Below, one piece after another: positions 38,199 to 46,243 of a stretch of DNA of 64,000 nucleotides (position 1 is the first letter of the stretch; each line of letters begins with the position of its first letter). Both the position numbers and the translations under genes were made by a program. Source of the DNA: Candidatus Eiseniibacteriota bacterium (GTDB lineage: Bacteria > Eisenbacteria > RBG-16-71-46 > SZUA-252); NCBI GenBank assembly GCA_031370645.1, contig JANMQV010000009.1:2200-66199 (forward strand), read 5' to 3'. Under the pieces are notes generated by a model. The model did no database searches. It was not told the origin of the DNA and saw only the letters and a list, made by a program, of their open reading frames with translations.

Positions 38199-39659
38199 TT
38201 ACGGAGCGCGGAGGTTGAGGGGAACGCCGGGAGGTGTCGTATCGGCTCCCGTCGCGACCGACGACTTGAGAGCAGCCTGCAAGCGCCAGCCGGGATTCAC
38301 GCCCTGTCCCGCATAGGCCCCCCGGTAGCGGAAGTCGGCCTTCGCGTCCGCATTGAAGTCGCGGTCGTAGGCGACGTTGGTGGAAAAGGGTGAAAGATCG
38401 AGCGGCGTCCCGCTACAGCCGCTGCACGAAATCGCCGGGTAGAAGTCCATCTGCCCGAGGATCTCCGAGGGCGCCGTGAAGTAGGGGGAACCGTCCGAGG
38501 GGGTACCGATCACGTTGCTCCCGGCCGTCGGCACCGAACCGCCGAGTCCTGCCCCGCCGGTCACGATGAGATTCCCGCGCACGATTCCACCCTCACGCGG
38601 CGCGGTCGAGTACCGAATCCCGCCGCCGGAAACGCTGTAGACCGTGTTGTTGTAGACGTTCGTGAGCTTCAGCGGGCCGTTGTGATCGGTAAAGACCACC
38701 GACATCTGTCCGGCACCGGACGAAACGAACACGTTGTCGTGAACCGTCATTCGGCCCGTCGCCTGGAAAAGCGCTTCATTCGGGTTCTTGTAGAAGAAAT
38801 TGCCGTAGATCTCGTAGAGGTCCTGGCTTCCCATTCCGGTGTCGGGGAAGGGATCGACGAGCAGATTGGGCCGCACCGCGACCACCTGCCCCGGCGCCCA
38901 GTTGTTCTTCTCCTTGATGAAGACGTTGTTCCGGATGATCGTCCGATGAGGCTCCGGCGGGAGCGCGGTGGCCCACGGCTGCGTTCCGTAGGCGAGTTGA
39001 TTCTTGATCTCCATGTTGTAGCCGATGCTGTTGAGGAACAGATTCCCCTCGATCACGCCCGCGACGAACGGCTGCGTCCCGTCGGAGTTCCCGAGATAGA
39101 TGCCGGTTCCCGCCTCGATGATCTTGTTGCCGCGAATCGTCCAGTTCCAAGCGGGGGACTTGGTGGAAATCGCGACCGTCCCCTGACTGTTGTCCTGGCC
39201 GATCAGAGTGCAATTCTCGATGAGAATGTCGTGGGTTGGGTTTCCCTTCGCGTTGATGCCGTCGATGGCATCCAGACCCGCGCTGTCGATCGTGACGTTC
39301 CGTAGCACGACGTACGATGTGCCGCCCAGCTGAACCGTGTTGCAGCAGGTCGACGCCGTCGTGATGGTCGCGGCAGGGCCCGACGCGGGCCCCGTGATGA
39401 CGATCCACGCCGAAGGGGTGCCATTCTTTCCATCCAGAACGAGGCGATCCGGGTAATTGCCGGAAGGGAGGTAGAGCGTGTCGCCGGGCGCGAGCGATCC
39501 GACGAGCGTCCGATAGTAGCCTGCTTGGCCGGAGACCGCTCCCGGCGTCGCGACGAGGGTTCGAGACTCCGCCATCGAAGGAAGGCTTACGCCCACCACG
39601 AGGAGCGCCAGAGCAACCGCGGCGCGAACCGGCGATGCCAATTCCACTCGACGATTCAT
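38199..39659 (-). CDS. Secreted right-handed parallel beta-helix repeat protein (pectate-lyase fold; candidate polysaccharide lyase/epimerase)
   Basis: Signal peptide (MNRRVELASPVRAAVALALLVVGVSLPSMA) and repeated NxxIxxN/GxxIxxN beta-helix rungs (VTIDSAGLDAIDGI, ILIENCTLIGQDNS, WTIRGNKIIEAGTGIYLGNS, IRNNVFI, TVHDNVFV). Confidence 0.6.
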   Translation of the reverse strand: MNRRVELASPVRAAVALALLVVGVSLPSMAESRTLVATPGAVSGQAGYYRTLVGSLAPGDTLYLPSGNYPDRLVLDGKNGTPSAWIVITGPASGPAATITTASTCCNTVQLGGTSYVVLRNVTIDSAGLDAIDGINAKGNPTHDILIENCTLIGQDNSQGTVAISTKSPAWNWTIRGNKIIEAGTGIYLGNSDGTQPFVAGVIEGNLFLNSIGYNMEIKNQLAYGTQPWATALPPEPHRTIIRNNVFIKEKNNWAPGQVVAVRPNLLVDPFPDTGMGSQDLYEIYGNFFYKNPNEALFQATGRMTVHDNVFVSSGAGQMSVVFTDHNGPLKLTNVYNNTVYSVSGGGIRYSTAPREGGIVRGNLIVTGGAGLGGSVPTAGSNVIGTPSDGSPYFTAPSEILGQMDFYPAISCSGCSGTPLDLSPFSTNVAYDRDFNADAKADFRYRGAYAGQGVNPGWRLQAALKSSVATGADTTPPGVPLNLRAP

Positions 39660-40083
39660 GTCGTTCGCTCCGGGCTCGGCCGCACGAGAGTTAGGCGTAG
39701 GGAGTTGGATCCCGATGACCATCTCGCGCGTTGCGTGTTTGGGGTCGATCAGAACCGAGTACCCCGTTTTGGGCGAACTCGTTCCCGAATCCACCCGGAA
39801 TTTAGCACGATTCGGGCCAAGTCGCGCTCCCGTATGGAATCGAGCACTTGGCGCCGAATCATTCCCGATTCATCGACAGAACGCGTGTCGCGGCTTGCAC
39901 TCCGCGAGGGCGAAATCGCGAAGCGCGGTGAAAACCGAGCCGGTCGTTCCGCATCCAATGGTTCTACCCCTTCCGGCGGCAGGAAAAGGTGTGCCGTCTG
40001 GCCGGGGGACTAACGTCCCGGCAGGAAACGTGTTAGGCCGATCGATGCGCTCCCTGCAAACGCCGGGAGAAGCGGAGTGGCGT

Positions 40084-40099
40084 TGGTGCGAAATTTGCG
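40084..40099 (+). promoter_or_regulatory. Candidate sigma54 promoter TGGTGCG-N4-TTGCG, about 55 nt upstream of the Fn3/CTD gene and exosortase
   Basis: Correct GG-N10-GC spacing, with 2 mismatches in the -24 box. It lies in a 495-bp divergent intergenic region. Confidence 0.3.
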
Positions 40100-40154
40100 T
40101 CATTCTTCGACGATCCTACCCTGTATGGGTTTAGCGTCCGATGCGGAGGCCTTG

Positions 40155-41198
40155 ATGAGAGTCCGATTCATGCCCGACGTGGTTCGCGCCCTGGCGTGCG
40201 CGGGTATCGTCTCAACCATGACGATTGCCCCGGCGGCGTTCTTCCTGCCGGCGACGCCTGCCTTCGCGCAGACCAGTGCCGCGAACAGCATGACACTACT
40301 TTGGACGGCGTCGGGAGATGACGGAGACCAGGGGCAGGTGAGCGGTTATGAAGCGCGCTTTCGCACCACCCCGCCTGCCGCGGGCGACACCCTCACCTGG
40401 TGGAATGGCGTGCCCTCCGGGCAACGAATCACCCTCGGCCCGCCTCGCGCGTCGGCTGGCGCCGATGATTCGACGAAAGTGACCGGATTGTCTCAGAACA
40501 CTACGTATTACTTCGTGATTCGGGCCTTCGACGAACAGCCCAATTACTCCGCGTACTCGAACGTCGCTACCGGAACTACCGCCTCATGCAACGCTCCCAG
40601 CGCGGCGCCAACCGGATTCGGAGCGGTTGCCGACACGGGACAGGTGACCGTCTCGTGGGGCGCCACGTCCGACCCGCTCGCGCTCTCCCTCCACTTGTAC
40701 CGAGCTCAGGGTTCGACGGGCGCGTTCAACCAGATTCAGAATCTCTCGCCCGGCACGACCTCGTTCCTCGACACGTCCGTCTTGGCCGGCACGACCTATC
40801 GATATCGCGCGGCCTACATGGGCACGCTCTGCGAAGGCCCGACGACCGGCGTCGCGACCGTGACGCTGCCGGGGACGCCGCCGCCACCGCCGCCCGCGGC
40901 CACGGCGGGCTCTTCGACCATTCACGCCTATCCGAACCCCGCGAGCAGCGCGACCGGATCGATTCGGATCGTCGTCGATGTGGACGCCACCGTGGCGACA
41001 CCGGCCTACCTTCGTCTCTTCGACCTGAACGGACACTGGGTCGCCACGCTGGCCGATGGGAACTACCCGCCCGGTAAGACCGAGGTAGCCTGGAACCGGA
41101 TCGGGCGCGACGGGCGAACCGTGGGACCCGGTTACTATGAAATCCTCGGGACCATAGGCATCACGCGGGTACGCGACCGCATCGTCCTCCTTCCGTAG
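40155..41198 (+). CDS. Secreted Fn3-like repeat protein with T9SS-type C-terminal sorting domain
   Basis: Signal peptide ending AFAQ. First repeat LLWTASGDDGDQGQVSGYEARFRT...TLTWWNG; second Fn3-like domain (LYRAQGS...TTYRYRAAY). C-terminus HAYPNPASS...LRLFDLNGHWVATL...GYYEILG...RIVLLP. GGAGG RBS. Confidence 0.65.
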   Translation: MRVRFMPDVVRALACAGIVSTMTIAPAAFFLPATPAFAQTSAANSMTLLWTASGDDGDQGQVSGYEARFRTTPPAAGDTLTWWNGVPSGQRITLGPPRASAGADDSTKVTGLSQNTTYYFVIRAFDEQPNYSAYSNVATGTTASCNAPSAAPTGFGAVADTGQVTVSWGATSDPLALSLHLYRAQGSTGAFNQIQNLSPGTTSFLDTSVLAGTTYRYRAAYMGTLCEGPTTGVATVTLPGTPPPPPPAATAGSSTIHAYPNPASSATGSIRIVVDVDATVATPAYLRLFDLNGHWVATLADGNYPPGKTEVAWNRIGRDGRTVGPGYYEILGTIGITRVRDRIVLLP

Positions 41199-42733
41199 TG
41201 AATCCCGCCCCTTCGCGCGGTTGGACCTCCGCGCTCGTCGCGTTCGCCGCGACGTTTGTCTTCGCGCTCCTCGTCTACGGGAGCACCATCGCGTCGCTCG
41301 TGAACATCTGGAGAATCTCGGACACCTTCGCGCATGGATTCCTCGTGCTGCCGGTCTGCGTCCTTCTTGCGTGGCGCTCGCGCGACCGGCTGGTAACGCT
41401 CCAGCCGCGACCCTACCCCCTCGCCCTGATCGGACTCCTTCCACTCGGCTTCGGGTGGATCATGGGCCGCGCCGCGAGCACGCTCTCCGTCGAACAGTTC
41501 TGTTTCGTGGCGATGATTCCGATCCTCGTGATTGCGCACTTCGGCCCGGCCGTCGCTCGCCGCCTCGCGTTTCCGCTCGCGTTTCTCTTCTTCGCCGTGC
41601 CGTTCGGCGATGTCTTCCAGCCGCGGCTCATGGAGATCACCGCCGGGTTCGCGGAGCGGACGCTTCGATGGAGCGGCGTGGAAGTTTCCCGGGAGGGGCT
41701 CTTCCTCGCCACGACGAATTCACGCTGGCGGGTCGTCGAGTCGTGCAGCGGGCTGCGATTCACGGTCGCGGGAGTCGTTCTGGCGACTCTCTTCGCCCAC
41801 CTCTCGTACCGTTCGAATCTCAAGCGGGCCATCTTCGTCGCCTCGGCCGTGCCCGTTTCGATTCTCGCGAACGGGATCCGCGCATACGTCCTCATCATGC
41901 TCGGACACCTGACCCACATGCGCCGTGGCGTGGGATTCGATCACTACATGTACGGATGGCTCGTCTTCACGCTCGTGATGGCCGCGTTCTTCATGATCGG
42001 CTCCGCATTTCGAGATCCTGAACGGCCGGCAACTCCCGCGGGTACGGGAGAAGGGGACGGTCCGCCGAGTGCGCCGCTCCCCCTCGGCCGTCGCGTCTCT
42101 GTCGCGGCTCTCGCGGCCATCTTCCTTGCCGCGTGGCCGGTGCTCGATGCGATCGGTTCGTCCCGCGGACTCGATCGGACTCCCGTCGTTCTCGCCGCCC
42201 CGGCCCCGCAGCGTGGCTGGGTGCTCGAGGCCGTGCAGGACTCGCTTTGGAAGCCCCACTTTCTCGGCGCCACTTCCGAGCTGAATGAACGCTATGCCGG
42301 AGCCGGCGGCACCGTTCAATGCTTTGTCGCGTATTACACGAACCAGTCGCAGGGGCGGGAACTGCTGCACACGGGGAACCGGATCATCGTGATGGGAGAT
42401 CCGACGTGGCTCGTCGTCGGGGAGGGGAGCCGCTCGTTGCCCGGCAGCTCGCCGCCCGCGTCGATCCGTGAGACCTCGGTTCGCGGTCCCGACGGTCCGA
42501 TGGTCGTCTGGAACTGGTACTGGCTTCCCGACGAGTACACTTCCGACCCGTTCCGGGCAAAGTGGCTTCAAGCGAAGAGCCGCATGCTCGGCCGGGGAGA
42601 CCGTGCCGCCGTGATCGTGCTCGCCGCGACCGCGCCCGATCCGCGCGACGCCGAACGGTTGCTGGCGCAATTCAGCGGCGACATGCTCCCTTCGATCCGA
42701 CTCGCCCTTCGAAGCGCGCAACATTCCCGCTAG
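41198..42733 (+). CDS. xrtA: Exosortase A fused to EpsI-family domain (XrtA-EpsI)
   Basis: Eight TM helices with exosortase catalytic motifs (ESCSGLRF Cys, ANGIRAY Arg, FAHG). The C-terminal roughly 200 aa are EpsI-like (soluble, after GSAFRD). GTG start overlapping the upstream TAG (TAGTG). Confidence 0.85.
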   Translation: MNPAPSRGWTSALVAFAATFVFALLVYGSTIASLVNIWRISDTFAHGFLVLPVCVLLAWRSRDRLVTLQPRPYPLALIGLLPLGFGWIMGRAASTLSVEQFCFVAMIPILVIAHFGPAVARRLAFPLAFLFFAVPFGDVFQPRLMEITAGFAERTLRWSGVEVSREGLFLATTNSRWRVVESCSGLRFTVAGVVLATLFAHLSYRSNLKRAIFVASAVPVSILANGIRAYVLIMLGHLTHMRRGVGFDHYMYGWLVFTLVMAAFFMIGSAFRDPERPATPAGTGEGDGPPSAPLPLGRRVSVAALAAIFLAAWPVLDAIGSSRGLDRTPVVLAAPAPQRGWVLEAVQDSLWKPHFLGATSELNERYAGAGGTVQCFVAYYTNQSQGRELLHTGNRIIVMGDPTWLVVGEGSRSLPGSSPPASIRETSVRGPDGPMVVWNWYWLPDEYTSDPFRAKWLQAKSRMLGRGDRAAVIVLAATAPDPRDAERLLAQFSGDMLPSIRLALRSAQHSR

Positions 42734-43145
42734 TTCCTCCCGCTTCACCTCCTCACCCCCAAACGATTCTCGTTCGATCGCGTGCAGCATGAGCGACCGC
42801 CGCGTGCGGATCGCGCCGTGCATCGTGCGCGTTCGGACACGCCTCGCGCGCTAGCTGCTTACCGACGACCGTGTTTGCAGCGTGCAGGGTGCACCGCGCG
42901 TACTCCGCGCCATGGCACATTTCGTGCAGACACTGGCGCGCGGTGGGATGGGGGTCCTGCCAAACATCAATCGAGTCCCATGAACGCATGCGACCCGCCC
43001 TCTCGGGTGGGGAGCAACACCGTGGGCAATCGGACCCAGGCGAACGCTCGCGTTCGGCTGGGTACAGAACTGCATCTCGAGGAGGATCTCCATGCGCCGT
43101 TGCCTACCTGTTCCTCACCACCCCCTTCGCGGCCCTCGAATCGCG

Positions 43146-43979
43146 ATGCGGGGAGTCATGCGCCGTTCTCTCCTGATCGGAGCGGCGATTCTCACCATGT
43201 TCGCGGCCGGAGTCGCGAAAGCACAGACCTCGGCCGACTCGTCGGTAGTTCTGCAGTGGACCGCGCCGGGAGATGACGGCACGATCGGCCGCGCCACATC
43301 GTATGACCTTCGGTATCGCACGACCGCGATCTCGGCCACGGATACTCTGACGTGGTGGAACGGCGCGACTCCGGTAAGCGGCGAGCCCGTCCCGAGCACC
43401 TCCGGAGCGACCGATTCGATGCGAGTACGCGGTCTCACGCCCTTGACGACCTACTTCTTCATCGTGCGCGCGGCCGATGAGGTTCCGAATTGGTCGGGAT
43501 ACTCGAACGTGGCGAGCAAGACGACGTCCGGCGATGCGACGCCGCCGGCCGCCATTACCACGCTGGCGGTGACCGCTACGACCGGCTCCACCATGGCACT
43601 TCGGTGGAACGCTCCGGGTAACGACGGGAGCACGGGCACGGCCGCCAGCTACGATATCCGCTATTCGACGAGTCCCATCACCTCGGCCAATTGGACAACC
43701 GCAACGCAGGCGACCGGGGAACCGGCTCCCGCCGTCGCGGGGACGCAGCAGGTCTACACACTCCCCGGACTCTCCGGAAGTCAGACCTATTACGTGGCGA
43801 TCAAGGCGACGGACGGCAGCGGTAACGTCGGAGCGCTGTCGAATGTCGTGAGCGGCACCACGGCCGACACGGTCGCGCCGGCCGCGGTTCGCGATCTCTC
43901 GATGCGCGATCTGCCGGCGGGCAATCAAGGGCCGCCGGTCGCGACGCTTCGCGGCGGCAACGAGCGTCATGATTCCTAA
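43146..43979 (+). CDS. Secreted protein with two Fn3-like repeats (paralog of flanking genes; no C-terminal sorting domain)
   Basis: Signal peptide (MRGVMRRSLLIGAAILTMFAAGVAKAQ). Repeats VLQWTAPGDDGTIGRATSYDLRYRT...TLTWWNG and ALRWNAPGNDGSTGTAASYDIRYST. Confidence 0.55.
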   Translation: MRGVMRRSLLIGAAILTMFAAGVAKAQTSADSSVVLQWTAPGDDGTIGRATSYDLRYRTTAISATDTLTWWNGATPVSGEPVPSTSGATDSMRVRGLTPLTTYFFIVRAADEVPNWSGYSNVASKTTSGDATPPAAITTLAVTATTGSTMALRWNAPGNDGSTGTAASYDIRYSTSPITSANWTTATQATGEPAPAVAGTQQVYTLPGLSGSQTYYVAIKATDGSGNVGALSNVVSGTTADTVAPAAVRDLSMRDLPAGNQGPPVATLRGGNERHDS

Positions 43980-44934
43980 ACGTTCTCCTGGAGGTTGCTT
44001 CGGGGTTGCGAGGGCGGCGGCATTCGCCGCCCTCCTTCTCCCGGGATCGGCCGCGGCCGATTCAATCACGCTCTCGTGGACCGCGCCGGGCGACGACGGC
44101 AACACGGGCCGGGCGACCTCCTATGAGCTTCGCTACTCGGATCAGGCGATTGCGGGGCAGGACACGGTCTCGTGGTGGAACTCCGCCTCCGTGGCCGGCG
44201 CGCTTCCTTCGCCTCAGTCGGCGGGGGCTCGCGAGTCGTTCACGTTGCCGGGGCTGACGACCGGACTCACGTATTACTTCGTCCTCCGCACGTCGGATGA
44301 AGTGCCGAACGTCTCCGGATTCTCGAACGCGCGCATGCGCCAGGTCGGAGCGGTCGCGCTCGCGACGCCGACCGGCTTCACCGCGCAGGCGGCGACGGGC
44401 GGAGTCCTGCTGTCGTGGCAAGAGCCGGCGTCGGGCGCGGGGGAGGGGTACCATCTCTATCGTCGCGAAGGCGCGAGCGGCGCGGACACGCTGCTTCGGA
44501 CCTCACCGCTCGGCACGACGCGATGGACCGACCCGTCCGCCAAGGCGGGCACGGACTATGAATATCGGATCGCAACCTATCTCGGCGCCGTGGAAGGCAC
44601 GCCCGCCGTCGCGACCATCAACGTCCCGGCCGTCGCCATCGCCGAAGGCGTGACCGTGATCGAGGGCTATCCTAATCCCGCTCACGGCAGCGTGACGTTT
44701 CGATTCCGCGCCGAGACGAGGGATGGATCACCAGGACACGCGCGAATCGTCGTCTTCGACATGGGCGGCCACCGAATCGCTCAACTCCTCGATGGAGAGG
44801 TACCGTCCGGCGAGCAATCGATCCAGTGGCTCTGCCGCTCCGACCAGGGAAGCCCGGTGTCCCCGGGCCTCTACAACGCCATCCTCGACGGACCCGAGGG
44901 GCGTTCCGTGATGCGCGTGGCTGTCGTTCCCTGA
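43969..44934 (+). CDS. Secreted Fn3-like repeat protein with T9SS-type C-terminal sorting domain
   Basis: Signal peptide (AFAALLLPGSAAA). ITLSWTAPGDDGNTGRATSYELRYS...TVSWWN, and a second Fn3-like domain (HLYRREG...DYEYRIATY). C-terminus GYPNPAHGSVTF...IVVFDMGGHRIAQL...GLYNAIL...RVAVVP. Confidence 0.65.
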   Translation: MIPKRSPGGCFGVARAAAFAALLLPGSAAADSITLSWTAPGDDGNTGRATSYELRYSDQAIAGQDTVSWWNSASVAGALPSPQSAGARESFTLPGLTTGLTYYFVLRTSDEVPNVSGFSNARMRQVGAVALATPTGFTAQAATGGVLLSWQEPASGAGEGYHLYRREGASGADTLLRTSPLGTTRWTDPSAKAGTDYEYRIATYLGAVEGTPAVATINVPAVAIAEGVTVIEGYPNPAHGSVTFRFRAETRDGSPGHARIVVFDMGGHRIAQLLDGEVPSGEQSIQWLCRSDQGSPVSPGLYNAILDGPEGRSVMRVAVVP

Positions 44935-45043
44935 TCGAGCAATCCCCGCTTTCCGCCTTCCCGCACCCCCCCTACAATGGCCAGGCGCGCGGCAACCCGC
45001 CGCGACTTCGCGTGGCGGATCGTAGACGGCGTCGAGGGGAACG

Positions 45044-45976
45044 GTGAAGGGGACGGAATCGAACTCGAAACGCTCCGCGGAGCCTCTCTTCGCGATGAGC
45101 GTCGACGTCGAGGAGCACTTCCAAGTTCAGGCGTTCGCGAAACTCGTCCCGCGAGAGTCGTGGCCGCTTCACCCGTCCCGTGTCGAGCAGAACACCCGCC
45201 TCTTGCTCGACCTCTTCGACGAATCCGGGACCAAGGCCACGTTCTTCACGCTCGGCTGCGTGGCGCGGGAACACCCGAGCCTCGTTCGCGAAATCGTGGT
45301 TCGCGGTCACGAGATGGCTTCGCACGGCATGGATCATCGAATGTTGACCGAACTCACCCCCGACGAATTCCGAATTCAAGCACGCGATTCGCGCGCCCTC
45401 CTCGAAGATCTCACGGGGAAGCGGGTCCTCGGATTTCGAGCGCCCTCCTATAGCATCGGACGCTCGACGCTCTGGGCCATCGATTTGCTCGCGGAGACGG
45501 GGTACGAATATGATTCGAGCGTCTATCCGATCCGCCGGCGGCGGTACGGATATCCGGAGGGCCCGGTGGCGCCCGCGATGATTCGTGGGCCGGGCGGCGC
45601 GTCGCTCGCGGAATTTCCATTACCGACACTCGCGGTCGGTCCGTTGCGGATTCCCGTACTCGCCGGCGCATTCCTGCGCCTCCTTCCACTTCATCTCTCG
45701 CGTCTCGCGCTCGAGCTTCATCGCTCCGGTGCCCGCGCGCTCATCGTGAACGTTCACCCTTGGGAACTCGATCCCACGCAACCGACCCTCGGTCCGTCAC
45801 GCCGCGCGACCTGGACGCACTACGCGCGACTCGGCCGCGTGGAGGGAATTCTCCGCGCGCTACTTTCGCGCGCGACATTTCGGACCGCGGCGACTCGACT
45901 GGGGCAACTCGGACTCTTGCCTGGCTCGAGGGGCTTGAACGAGATTCCGAGTGCCGACGTCAAATCGGGGGACTAG
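45044..45976 (+). CDS. Polysaccharide deacetylase family protein, PEP-CTERM locus subfamily (TIGR03006-like)
   Basis: MSVDVEEHFQVQAF N-terminus typical of this family, with a NodB-like core (FFTLGCVAREHP, HGMDH). The start may be the internal Met at 45095. Confidence 0.75.
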   Translation: MKGTESNSKRSAEPLFAMSVDVEEHFQVQAFAKLVPRESWPLHPSRVEQNTRLLLDLFDESGTKATFFTLGCVAREHPSLVREIVVRGHEMASHGMDHRMLTELTPDEFRIQARDSRALLEDLTGKRVLGFRAPSYSIGRSTLWAIDLLAETGYEYDSSVYPIRRRRYGYPEGPVAPAMIRGPGGASLAEFPLPTLAVGPLRIPVLAGAFLRLLPLHLSRLALELHRSGARALIVNVHPWELDPTQPTLGPSRRATWTHYARLGRVEGILRALLSRATFRTAATRLGQLGLLPGSRGLNEIPSADVKSGD

Positions 45977-46047
45977 CGTAGCAACTATCTGGCATGCAAT
46001 GGGTTACGAGGGTCTAAAAATTCTTCACTTTCTACCCGAAAAGTTGG

Positions 46048-46076
46048 TTGACACTTTGTGCGGGGAAGAGTAGATT
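46048..46076 (+). promoter_or_regulatory. Sigma70-like promoter (TTGACA-17-TAGATT) in an AT-rich island upstream of the PEP-CTERM gene
   Basis: Perfect -35 hexamer, a 17-nt spacer and a 4/6 match in the -10 hexamer. The surrounding roughly 270 bp are conspicuously lower in GC than the rest of the window. Confidence 0.35.
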
Positions 46077-46243
46077 TATCAGTGCGCGAGGGAGTGCCGA
46101 CGATTGTCGCCTAAAGATTTACGGTGACAAAGTGAGCGGCCACAGCGTACGATTCTCAGCACTTGAAGAAGCGCTGCGAACGTTTCCGTATTCGGATCGT
46201 AGTGAACGAGCGCCCCTAGCATCCACGGGAGAGGTAAACCGAC

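Noticed and set aside
45977-46243. Sigma54 promoter in front of the PEP-CTERM gene (TGGCAT at about 46015)
   Set aside because: GG-N10-GC spacing is not satisfied and there is no TTGC -12 element. A sigma70-type TTGACA-17-TAGATT fits instead.
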